DNA from: Methanomassiliicoccales archaeon
GTDB taxonomy: Archaea; Thermoplasmatota; Thermoplasmata; Methanomassiliicoccales; UBA472
Length of the DNA stretch: 64,000 nt
Reading direction: 5' to 3'
NCBI GenBank assembly: GCA_026394375.1
Contig: JAPKYJ010000024.1
Coordinates: 101,577-165,576, forward strand
The notes beneath the pieces were generated by a model, which made no database searches, was not told where the DNA came from, and saw only the letters and a list, made by a program, of their open reading frames with translations. The first letter of the stretch is position 1, and each line of letters opens with the position of its first letter. Positions 46,932 through 55,573 of this stretch are shown here, piece by piece. Made by a program: the position numbers and the translations under genes.

Positions 46932-46950
46932 GTGCAGGGGGTGCGATTTG
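46932..46950. repeat. 19-bp direct repeat (proximal att site inside tRNA-Leu)
   Basis: Identical to 45190-45208. Covers the acceptor 3' strand and part of the T arm. Confidence 0.7.
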
Positions 46951-47016
46951 AACACACGGACCGCTAGGGACTAGACCCTCAATCTAGCGCCTTTGGCCAG
47001 GCTTGGCTACCCCTGC
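46933..47016 (-). tRNA. tRNA-Leu(GAG)
   Basis: Hand-folded: GCAGGGG TA GCC AAGCCTGGCCAAA GGC G CTAGA TTGAGGG TCTAG [long variable arm] GTGTG TTCAAAT CGCAC CCCCTGC A. Class II tRNA, CCA not encoded. Confidence 0.85.
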
Positions 47017-47120
47017 CTGCGCTGTTGGGAATACTGCATGACTAATTAAGCTTTCGTAGTCCAGTGGCCAATCCATTCCAGTATGCCGAAGAACAGTCCA
47101 ATAGGCCTTCCCCACGAGGC

Positions 47121-47127
47121 TTAAATA
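47121..47127 (+). promoter_or_regulatory. TATA-box-like element upstream of RNase P RNA
   Basis: TTAAATA lies about 25 nt upstream of the first nucleotide of the predicted P1 helix. Confidence 0.35.
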
Positions 47128-47147
47128 CAGCTTCCGAGCTAGGCTGC

Positions 47148-47450
47148 GTCGCCAGGAGAGGGAGGGCGGCCGACGGTAGGACTTCGGTCCGGCTGAGGAA
47201 GGTCCCCCCTCGATGAGAAAGGTGGACCACGCGAGTGGTCAGGCGAGAGCCTGGGCAAGGGCACAGAAACGGCACAGCCCCGACCGAGGATGATCCGCTT
47301 GGCGGTGACGTTGGTCGGGGATTTGGTGAAACGGCGACTCCCCACCCGAGCAAGCCCAAACAGCCGGGATGACCTCTCAGGACCGGCGGGTAGGGTGCTT
47401 AGTTGAATGCCGCCTGAAACAGAAGGGGGCCTATTACCCTCACCTGGCAC
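47148..47450 (+). ncRNA. rnpB: RNase P RNA (archaeal type A)
   Basis: Conserved blocks: GAGGAAGGTCC (CR-I-like), GGGCACAGAAAC, GGTGAAACGG, GCAAGCCCAAACAG, AGTTGAATGCCGCC...ACAGAAGGGGGCC (CR-V-like). The terminal helix pairs GCCAGGAGAGGG (47151-47162) with CCCTCACCTGGC (47437-47448). No credible ORF. Confidence 0.7.
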
Positions 47451-47760
47451 TCACCTTCATCCGGTCAGCTTGCTTGTCGATGAGCCGTAGGCGGTCACGG
47501 ATGCGTCGCCTCTGCTAGGCCGATTCGAACGATGTGTCGATCAACGCAGGCAGCGAGAACAATCCGTTCGTCCATGGAAGTTGAATGAGTTAGATAGATG
47601 CCTAGTCAAAATGGAATTCAATAATCATTTGTCACCGTTCATTGCTCGTTCTTAACAATCGTTTTCTTGGCGGGAAAACGAGCGATCGCCCGACAAAGGA
47701 GCGGGCAACCTAATTGAATCGACATGCCCTCGATTTCTCCTAGGAAAGGGGAGGATAAGG

Positions 47761-48246
47761 GTGAAGATTACCTCGGGCAGGCTTTACTTGTTCAAGGAGA
47801 GAGTGCCGCTGCGAACGCATCAGATCCTAAGAACGGAGCTCCACGGGGGACGGCCGACGCTGTACATCTCGAAGCATTCGCCCGCGCAATTGAGGACGCA
47901 GTTCGATTTCGATCCGAGCATCATGCATACCTTGTGGCTCAGCCCGAGACCGGAGCCGGATTGCATTCCGCCGATGAACCTGGGGATCTTCGAGAAGAGA
48001 GTGGACGAGTTCATAGCGGAAAGCCCGGACGGGATCATCGCGCTCAACGGCATCGATGTGCTGGAGATGTGGAACGGACTGCGCCCGGTCATCGACGTCC
48101 TGCGACGGGCTCAGAGCAAGGTCTCTTTGTATCAGACCAATCTGCTCATCTCCCTGGACCCCAAGATGTACCGAGAGAATACGCTCACAGAGCTGGAGAA
48201 TATCTCCGACGAGGTAGTCAGCTCAGTCTGCGAAGCCGACTCATAG
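47761..48246 (+). CDS. DUF835-like domain protein
   Basis: 161 aa. LYISKHSP...TLWLS...IIALNGIDVLEMWNG...LLISLDP aligns with the other DUF835-like copies in the window. Confidence 0.6.
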   Translation: MKITSGRLYLFKERVPLRTHQILRTELHGGRPTLYISKHSPAQLRTQFDFDPSIMHTLWLSPRPEPDCIPPMNLGIFEKRVDEFIAESPDGIIALNGIDVLEMWNGLRPVIDVLRRAQSKVSLYQTNLLISLDPKMYRENTLTELENISDEVVSSVCEADS

Positions 48247-48418
48247 GTAACAACTAGATTTGCGAAGGGTACCATGCGAAAGGCATGGACACCCGCCTTC
48301 AGTTCATTCTGGACAAGGTGATTGCGGAGCGCACCTCCGTCAGTCCTTCCTAACGCGATCGGGAGAATGTCGTCGGCGGACACGTGGAAGCGCCTTGAGT
48401 TGGGCGAAGGAAAACCAT

Positions 48419-49156
48419 ATGCCCAAGCAATCCCTAGCGAGACACGTGAAGCTCATCGGACTCAAGAAAGAGGGCAAGAGCGTGAGCGTGCAGTTCTACG
48501 GTTGTCAGCTTCGTTGCGGCTATTGCACCCACCTCAAGCAACCGAGGACGGAGCATGAGCTGCAGGAGGTGCTAGAGCTCATAGCCGATCCGAAGGTGGA
48601 AGACGTCTACATCGGCGGCGCGGAGCCCACGGTCCAGAAGAAAGAACTGCTGGAGCTGCTGCAACGCCTGCAACGTATGAACCGGCGGGTGACGTTGAAG
48701 ACCAACGGCCATGACCCCCAGTTCCTGCGCGATTCCCTCGGCCTGGTGGACATGTATATCTTGGAGATCAAGTGCCCCTTGGACGATCTAGACTGTATAG
48801 CCACGCTCACCGGGCTCTCTCGGGAGAGAGCTGAGAAGTACGCGTCATCATTGAAGCAGAGCCTGGAAGTGCTCCGAGGCGCCAAAGTGAGGATCTGGAT
48901 CCGGGTCATCCCAGGATACGTCACCCTGGACAAGGTAGGATGCCTGGGAGACCTGATCGCGGGAACGGCCACCGAGGTCTACCTCATCCAGTTCTTGAGC
49001 GCGCCTGAGAACGACGCCCCTTTCGACGGCATCGACACTCCTTCCCCGGCCGAAGGCGAGATGGTGGCCATGGCACGGAGATTGCTGGAGTTCGTTCCGA
49101 ACGTCTACGTGCGCGGCAGGGATTTCAAGAGCGACTTCCGAGCGGGAAGGCAGTAG
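48419..49156 (+). CDS. radical SAM protein (activating-enzyme-like)
   Basis: About 245 aa from the ATG at 48419. CQLRCGYC (CxxxCxxC) cluster and an IGGAEPT SAM-binding motif. The upstream part of the ORF-track ORF is not protein-like. Confidence 0.8.
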   Translation: MPKQSLARHVKLIGLKKEGKSVSVQFYGCQLRCGYCTHLKQPRTEHELQEVLELIADPKVEDVYIGGAEPTVQKKELLELLQRLQRMNRRVTLKTNGHDPQFLRDSLGLVDMYILEIKCPLDDLDCIATLTGLSRERAEKYASSLKQSLEVLRGAKVRIWIRVIPGYVTLDKVGCLGDLIAGTATEVYLIQFLSAPENDAPFDGIDTPSPAEGEMVAMARRLLEFVPNVYVRGRDFKSDFRAGRQ

Positions 49157-49159
49157 CCT

Positions 49160-49414
49160 CTATTCTTCCGACTTCTTCTCCGTATCGCCCGCCGCCTCTC
49201 CTTCGACGATCCGCTGGGCGAAGGCGCAGTTGCGCCCGAGTCGCGTGACCAACACCCTCACCTCATCTCCGGGCGCAGTGCCGGGCACGAACAGTATCAG
49301 CCCGCCGACGCGGGCGATCCCATCACCCTGCTTTCCACGGTCCACGATGCGGACGGTGTATTCTTTCCCCTGTTCGATACTGACCAGATTGCCGGCCGAT
49401 CCTTTCTCGTCCAT
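49160..49414 (-). CDS. stand-alone TRAM-domain protein
   Basis: 84 aa. GKEYTVRIVDRGKQGDGIARVGGLILFVPGTAPGDEVRVLVTRLGRNCAFAQRI. Paralogue of 22638-22850. Confidence 0.75.
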   Translation of the reverse strand: MDEKGSAGNLVSIEQGKEYTVRIVDRGKQGDGIARVGGLILFVPGTAPGDEVRVLVTRLGRNCAFAQRIVEGEAAGDTEKKSEE

Positions 49415-49427
49415 CCTTATTCCCTCA

Positions 49428-49730
49428 TCATGATATGCGCTGGAGGAACTGCTTCACGTGAGCGTTCCATTCCTGGGTGACGATGTCCACGTCGGTCTCC
49501 TTGCCAGCACTGGCGCTCAGGTCGATATACCCGCCTCCGCCTTCCATCAGCAGGGTGCAGGCGTCGCGCTCCTTGACCTCGAGCCCAAGCTTGCCAAAAA
49601 AGTCCACGGCCTTCTCGATGACCTTCTCGGGAGGAAGTCTCGTGCTTATGCCGTAATGCATCGTCCCCGGCTCCAAGACCATACCTTCCTTGGCGGTATA
49701 TATGCGTGCGGTAGGGAGGGCGACACGCAT
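49428..49730 (-). CDS. hypothetical protein
   Basis: 100-aa ORF with protein-like composition. No family recognised. Confidence 0.4.
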   Translation of the reverse strand: MRVALPTARIYTAKEGMVLEPGTMHYGISTRLPPEKVIEKAVDFFGKLGLEVKERDACTLLMEGGGGYIDLSASAGKETDVDIVTQEWNAHVKQFLQRIS

Positions 49731-49759
49731 ATCTACCCTCAGCTTGAATAGCGTCCATC

Positions 49760-51634
49760 ATGGCCGGAAGCGCCTTCGCCGAGTTGAGCGAGAACGCCAT
49801 GGTCGTGCTGGAAAGACGCTACTTGTTGAAAGACACCAACGGTCGGCCTGTCGAGAGACCGGACGAATTGTTCCGTCGGGTGGCCAGGTGCGTTGCCGCC
49901 GCCAACTCCCTCTACAATGATGATCGTAGCGCGGAGCAGGAGGAAGAGGAGTTCTACCTCGCCATGAGGCGGTTGGAGTTCCTGCCCAACTCCCCCACGC
50001 TGATGAACGCGGGCACGGACATGCAGCAGCTGGCGGCGTGCTTCGTCTTGCCAGTGGAGGATTCCATCGAAGGCATCTACGATGCGGTCAAGTGGGCCGC
50101 CATCATCCATCAGACCGGAGGAGGCACTGGCTTCTCATTCTCCAGGTTGCGTCCGGCAGGCGACCTGGTCCGATCCACCATGGGGGTCGCCTCTGGTCCG
50201 GTTTCGTTCATGCGCGTGTTCGACGCGGCCACGGAAGCGATCAAGCAGGGAGGAAGGAGACGCGGGGCCTCCATGGGCATCCTGAGGGTGGACCATCCAG
50301 ACATCTATGTCTTCATCCATGCCAAGGATGACCTCAGGTCGCTCATCAACTTCAACCTCTCCGTGGGAGCTACGGACGATTTCATCGAAAGGGCGAGAAA
50401 GGACGAGGACTACGACCTGGTCAATCCTCGCAACATGGCGAAGATAGGGAAGAGGAGCGCCGCCAAGGTCCTCGAGGACGTATGCAGAGGGGCCTGGCTG
50501 ACGGGCGATCCCGGGGTGGTCTTCCTGGACCAGATCAATCGGGCGAATCCCACACCGGGGATGGGGGAGATCGAATCCACCAATCCATGTGGCGAAGTGC
50601 CTCTGCTGCCTTTCGAGGCTTGCAACCTGGGCTCGGTGAACTTGGACCGTATGCTGGTCGAGCGTGGAGGAACCTTCGAGGTGGACTGGGCGAGACTCGG
50701 CGCGGTGGTGGACATGGGCGTGCGTTTTCTTGACAACGTCATCGACGTCAGCAGGTATCCCCTGCCCCAGATAGAGAAGATGGCCCGAGGGAACCGCAAG
50801 ATCGGGCTGGGGGTCATGGGTTTCGCGGACGCCCTGGTGCGCATGGGGGTGCGCTACGGCTCATCCGAGTCTTTGCGGATCGCTCAGGAGCTGATCTCCT
50901 ACGTCCGTCGTCATGCGGACGAGACCTCCAGACGCATCGGCGAGGAACGAGGGGATTTCCCGAACATCGAGCTGAGCGTGCACACGTCCCCCCGACGCAA
51001 CGCCACCGTGCTCAGCATCGCTCCCACGGGGACCATAAGCATGATCGCCTCCTGTTCCAGCGGCATCGAACCACTCTACGCCCTCTCCTATGTCAAGCAT
51101 GTAATGGATGGGGCGCACCTGCGAGAGATCCACCCGTATTTCCTGGAATTGGCGAGGAAGAGGGGCTTTGACGACGAGAGGCTGCAGGACATCTTGGCGG
51201 CATCCCGTTCCATCAAAGACCTCAGCTTGGTCCCCCAAGACGTGCGGGACGTCTTCGTGACCGCATATGATGTGACTCCAGAGGAGCACGTGCGCATGCA
51301 GGCCGTCTTCCAGGAGAACGTGGACAACGCCGTATCGAAGACCATCAACCTGCCTCCCGATAGCACCTGGGAGGACGTTCGCTCGGTATACTTGCTAGCG
51401 CACCATCTCGGCTGCAAAGGCATCACCGTCTTCCGGGAGGGCTCAAGACCAGCTCAGGTGCTGACCGCAGGCACGACCTATGGCTCCTGCCCGGACTGCG
51501 GTTCGTCCCTAAGACTGGAAGAGGACGCCCTGGTGTGTCCAGCATGTGGCTATGCGATCGGCCAGCTGGCTATCTTGAAGCTCTGGGAATCAGACCTGAT
51601 TGCCGGAAAAGCATGTTTATATGCCCGGCGGTAG
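49760..51634 (+). CDS. nrdJ: class II (adenosylcobalamin-dependent) ribonucleotide reductase
   Basis: 624 aa. VLERRYLLKD, PNSPTLMNAG, STNPCGEVPLLPFEACNLGS and KTINLP motifs. C-terminal zinc ribbon CPDCGSSLRLEEDALVCPACG. Confidence 0.9.
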   Translation: MAGSAFAELSENAMVVLERRYLLKDTNGRPVERPDELFRRVARCVAAANSLYNDDRSAEQEEEEFYLAMRRLEFLPNSPTLMNAGTDMQQLAACFVLPVEDSIEGIYDAVKWAAIIHQTGGGTGFSFSRLRPAGDLVRSTMGVASGPVSFMRVFDAATEAIKQGGRRRGASMGILRVDHPDIYVFIHAKDDLRSLINFNLSVGATDDFIERARKDEDYDLVNPRNMAKIGKRSAAKVLEDVCRGAWLTGDPGVVFLDQINRANPTPGMGEIESTNPCGEVPLLPFEACNLGSVNLDRMLVERGGTFEVDWARLGAVVDMGVRFLDNVIDVSRYPLPQIEKMARGNRKIGLGVMGFADALVRMGVRYGSSESLRIAQELISYVRRHADETSRRIGEERGDFPNIELSVHTSPRRNATVLSIAPTGTISMIASCSSGIEPLYALSYVKHVMDGAHLREIHPYFLELARKRGFDDERLQDILAASRSIKDLSLVPQDVRDVFVTAYDVTPEEHVRMQAVFQENVDNAVSKTINLPPDSTWEDVRSVYLLAHHLGCKGITVFREGSRPAQVLTAGTTYGSCPDCGSSLRLEEDALVCPACGYAIGQLAILKLWESDLIAGKACLYARR

Positions 51635-51887
51635 AATAGAATGTCGCTCCGAGGTGACTCGGGGCGAGTCCGCCCGAAGGGACGGACAACCGGCTTCACC
51701 CCCTAATAGTACAAGCTTTCCTCCCAATCCTTTCCCCCCTCATGAATCGATGAGGCGTGAAGTCGGTCTCTTCTTCTTAGTTCCTTTGACGTCGTTGTTC
51801 CGTGTCATCTGGTCATTTGCGTATTGAACAATAATATACGTTGTTAGACAGAAATGTTATATACGCCTCCGTTGTTATCCTCGGCCA

Positions 51888-53213
51888 ATGAAGCATGAAG
51901 GCTCCGATATCAGAGTGACCCTCGGCATAGAGGACATCCCTAAGAAATGGTACAACATCGTCGCTGATCTGCCTGAGAAGCTACCTCCTCCCCTCAATCC
52001 AGGGACAAAGGAACCGATCAAGTTCGAGGAGTTCCGGGCCATCTTCCCGGACGAGATCATTCGGCAAGAGATGTCCGAGGAAAGATACATCGACATCCCG
52101 GACGAGATTCGCCAGGCGCTGATAATGCTCAATAGGCCCAGCCCGTTGGTGCGCGCCATTCGCCTGGAGAAAGTGCTCAATACGCCCGCGAAGATATTCT
52201 ACAAACGCGAGGACCTCAGCCCCACTGGAAGCCACAAACCCAACACCGCGGTGGCGCAGGCCTACTACAACATGAAGGAGGGCATCGAGAACCTCACCAC
52301 GGAAACGGGCGCCGGGCAATGGGGATCGGCATTGGCCCTGGCGTGCAGCATGTTCGGCCTGAGCTGCACGGTGTTCATGGTGCGCGTCAGCTACGACCAG
52401 AAGCCCTACCGCCGCTACGTCATGGAGACCTACGGGGCGAAGGTACATCCGTCGCCCAGCACGGTCACGGACTTTGGCCAGAAGCTCCTCAAGGAGAACC
52501 CGAAGAACAGCGGATCCTTGGGGATCGCCATAAGCGAGGCTATCGAGACCTGCGTCAAAGGTCAGAAGACCAAATACGCCCTGGGAAGCGTCGCCAATCA
52601 CGTCATGATGCACCAGACCGTCATCGGACAGGAAGTGGTGAAGCAGATGGAGATGATCGACACCGTGCCTGACTACATGATCGGCTGCGTCGGCGGCGGC
52701 AGCAATTTCGCAGGCTTCGCCTTCCCGATGATGGGGTTGAAGATCAAAGGCAAGGTGCATACCGAGTTCATCGCCGCGGAGCCCGTGGCCGTTCCTTCGC
52801 TCACCGAGGGAGAGTATCGCTACGACTTCGGCGACACGGCGGGCATGACCCCTCTGTTCAAGATGTACACCCTGGGCCACGACTTCATGCCCTCGCCCAT
52901 CCACGCCGGCGGACTGAGGTACCATGGAATGGCGCCCACCGTCAGCGCGGCCACCAAGCAGGGATTGGTGACGCCCATGGCCATAGACCAGAACGACACC
53001 TTCTCCGCCGGCCTGATGTTCGCCCGGGCGGAGGGCATCATCCCTGCGCCGGAGAGCACCCACGCCATCCGGGCCGCCATCGATCTGGCCTTGAAGGCGA
53101 AGAAGGAGAACCAGAAGAAGGTCATCGTCTTCAACCTCTCGGGCCACGGACTTCTGGACATGTCCGGATACGCCTCGTACCTGAGCGGGCAGATGAACGG
53201 GCATACTCATTGA
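51888..53213 (+). CDS. trpB2: TrpB2-type tryptophan synthase beta-like PLP enzyme
   Basis: 441 aa. [16 protein letters not shown] (PLP lysine), [21 protein letters not shown]. Confidence 0.85.
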   Translation: MKHEGSDIRVTLGIEDIPKKWYNIVADLPEKLPPPLNPGTKEPIKFEEFRAIFPDEIIRQEMSEERYIDIPDEIRQALIMLNRPSPLVRAIRLEKVLNTPAKIFYKREDLSPTGSHKPNTAVAQAYYNMKEGIENLTTETGAGQWGSALALACSMFGLSCTVFMVRVSYDQKPYRRYVMETYGAKVHPSPSTVTDFGQKLLKENPKNSGSLGIAISEAIETCVKGQKTKYALGSVANHVMMHQTVIGQEVVKQMEMIDTVPDYMIGCVGGGSNFAGFAFPMMGLKIKGKVHTEFIAAEPVAVPSLTEGEYRYDFGDTAGMTPLFKMYTLGHDFMPSPIHAGGLRYHGMAPTVSAATKQGLVTPMAIDQNDTFSAGLMFARAEGIIPAPESTHAIRAAIDLALKAKKENQKKVIVFNLSGHGLLDMSGYASYLSGQMNGHTH

Positions 53214-53351
53214 AACTCAAACGCCTGCTCCTCGGCAGGCGCCCTTTCCCCCGTTTTTCTCCATCTCCAGTCCATTTCTGGGCAAAAGCAATTATCCCGC
53301 TCTTAGCCATCAGTCATCCGTTCGAACGTTGAATCTCATGGAGATCTGACA

Positions 53352-54266
53352 ATGAAGTCCTGCATCATCGTCCATGGAGGGGCTTGGGACATACCGGAAC
53401 GGACATGGGAAGCGCACAAGCGGGGCTGTGGCAAAGCCGTCGAGGAAGGCCACTCCGTTCTGGTCGGAGGAGGCTCGGCCCTGGATGCGGTGGAGGCGGC
53501 GGTCAAGGTGATGGAGGACGATCCGACCTTCGACTCCGGCAAAGGCTCGTTCCTGAACCTGGAGGGCGAGGTGGAGCTGGACGCCATCATCATGGACGGT
53601 AACACCCTCAGCTTCGGCGCAGTGGGGGCGGTGCAGCATATCCTGCATCCGGTCACCCTGGCCCGAATGGTCATGGAGAAGACGCAACATTGCATGCTGG
53701 TGGGTGAGGGGGCGCTGAGCTTCGCCCGTTCCATAGGCATGGAGCAGGTTGAGACCCACGAACTGCTCACTGACAGAGAGCTGGAGAGATGGAAGGAGAT
53801 ACAGCAACGCCAGAACTTCCGACCAAAAGAGGTCTTCGAGGACTTACGTGGACGCTATTCGCGCAAAGGAACGGTAGGAGCGGTCGCCCTGGACGAACGG
53901 GGCAACATCGCCGCCGCCACATCCACCGGCGGGACGCCCAACAAGATGGCCGGCAGAGTGGGCGACAGCCCCTTGGTGGGCTGCGGCAACTACGCTGACA
54001 ATCGTTCCGCTGGAGTATCGGCCACGGGCTGGGGCGAGTCGTTGATGAAGGCCGTGATCGCCCGCAGAGTCTGCGAGTACGTGGAACGGGGCATGGATGT
54101 GCAGGCGGCTTCCGACCAAGCGATAGCCTATCTGCAGGAAAGGGTGCAGGGACTGGGAGGTGTCATCGCCCTTGGCCATGAGGGCAGCATGGCCTACGCG
54201 CACAACACCCCGAGGATGGCTGTCGCCTCCATCGACCAGGCGGGTGGCAGGGTCGTTCGCATCTGA
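53352..54266 (+). CDS. isoaspartyl peptidase / L-asparaginase (Ntn hydrolase)
   Basis: 304 aa. HGGAW, autoproteolysis/nucleophile site GTVGAVALD, GRVGDSPLVGCG. Confidence 0.85.
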   Translation: MKSCIIVHGGAWDIPERTWEAHKRGCGKAVEEGHSVLVGGGSALDAVEAAVKVMEDDPTFDSGKGSFLNLEGEVELDAIIMDGNTLSFGAVGAVQHILHPVTLARMVMEKTQHCMLVGEGALSFARSIGMEQVETHELLTDRELERWKEIQQRQNFRPKEVFEDLRGRYSRKGTVGAVALDERGNIAAATSTGGTPNKMAGRVGDSPLVGCGNYADNRSAGVSATGWGESLMKAVIARRVCEYVERGMDVQAASDQAIAYLQERVQGLGGVIALGHEGSMAYAHNTPRMAVASIDQAGGRVVRI

Positions 54267-54442
54267 GAAGCAGAGACCTCGAACCGGGCATGACCAGCCT
54301 CGGCGAGACTCAATGAAGCTGCGAAATGTGTATAGGGGCATCCAATAGCCCGCTGGGCGATGCGATAAGTATTTGATACCTGCTAACCATTAATTGGACG
54401 CCCGTTCGCCAACGGTCGCGGCCCAGGTTGGTGTGTTGAGGT

Positions 54443-54970
54443 TTGATCGCTGAGACGCCCAGGAACGCGGATAGCCGTTACGCCACCGTAACCCTCAGTT
54501 CTGGAAAGATGGTCCTGGCCTTCGACTATGGACGCACCTATCTGGTGATGGGTGAACGAATCGACAAAGCCATGCGAATTGCGCAGGATTTCGTTTTCTC
54601 CGGCAGCAATGTGATGTGCATCTCGCGAATGCATCCGGACCTTATCGGCGAGCGCTGGGCTGGTAAGAAGGTGGATACCATTTGGCTCAGTGAAAGGCCC
54701 GGAGAACGCAACGTTCCTCCGGATCAGCTGCAGAGCTTGGTGCACCGAGTGCTCACGTTCGCCAACGGGAAAAAGCGCGCCATCATCATCATCGATGGGA
54801 TCGAGTACCTGGCGCTCTTCAACGACTTTCACCGGCTGCAGATGTTCTTCGAGCAGCTCAACGACATAGCGATGGAAAGCGGATCGATACTCCTGGTGGC
54901 GCTCGATCCTAGACTGTTTGACCAACGCTCAATGGCGCGGCTGCGACGCTTTGCTGAGGTTGTGAACTAG
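54443..54970 (+). CDS. DUF835-like domain protein
   Basis: 175 aa (TTG start). VMCISRMHPDLI...TIWLSE...IIIIDGIEYLALFNDF...LLVALDP. Confidence 0.6.
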   Translation: MIAETPRNADSRYATVTLSSGKMVLAFDYGRTYLVMGERIDKAMRIAQDFVFSGSNVMCISRMHPDLIGERWAGKKVDTIWLSERPGERNVPPDQLQSLVHRVLTFANGKKRAIIIIDGIEYLALFNDFHRLQMFFEQLNDIAMESGSILLVALDPRLFDQRSMARLRRFAEVVN

Positions 54971-55499
54971 GCAGCATCGCGCTGAGCTCCTCTGCCTTCA
55001 GGCGCGGGAAAACGGAGAACAACTGATCCAGGTCACGCTGCTCGAAGGTCAGGGGATCGATGCTCACCAGCATTTCGGCGTTTTGCTTGAGTAGGCTCGC
55101 TTCCATGTCCCTGAGGAATCCCATGACCTTGTTCAGATCGTTGTAGAGAAGAAGGTACTCCAGACCATCCAGGAAGACGGCCGTTTCCTTTCCTTCCTTG
55201 ATGGCTCCGCGCAGGGACTTGGAGACCTGGCTCAGGACCTTGGGCTGCATGACATCCTTGCCCTTGCAGCTGCTTAGCCAGAAGCAGCGTGCCTCTGGCA
55301 GGTCGTACTTCTGCATGACGTACTCTGGATGCATCCGGCTCACGCACACCCCTTCCACGCCGGTCTTCAGCAACCTGGAGTACAGCTGGAATCCCAGTCG
55401 AGGATAGCCTTCCACGAGCAAGGAGATCCTGCGGTCGTTCTTGTTAATCACGATTCTCATGCCTCCTTGAGGTTCGCGTCTCATTCGAGGGCTATCCAC
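54909..55499 (-). CDS. DUF835-like domain protein
   Basis: 196 aa. GVCVSRMHPEYV...CFWLSS...VFLDGLEYLLLYNDL...MLVSIDP. Its 3' end overlaps the convergent paralogue by 62 nt. Confidence 0.6.
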   Translation of the reverse strand: MDSPRMRREPQGGMRIVINKNDRRISLLVEGYPRLGFQLYSRLLKTGVEGVCVSRMHPEYVMQKYDLPEARCFWLSSCKGKDVMQPKVLSQVSKSLRGAIKEGKETAVFLDGLEYLLLYNDLNKVMGFLRDMEASLLKQNAEMLVSIDPLTFEQRDLDQLFSVFPRLKAEELSAMLPSSQPQQSVAAAPLSVGQTV

Positions 55500-55573
55500 C
55501 CTATATAAAGCTCATTTGAGCATGCTACTTTTCAAAGCAGAATCTTTTTTTCATCGGACAGCGAATCAGTGGC

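Larger units (their letters stand above)
45190..46950. mobile_element. relic integrated element at the tRNA-Leu 3' end (LRR surface protein cargo plus integrase remnant)
   Basis: Bounded by exact 19-bp direct repeats, one inside the tRNA-Leu gene. A tyrosine-recombinase C-terminal fragment abuts the tRNA. The interior left part is lower-GC and CTAG-rich. Confidence 0.55.
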
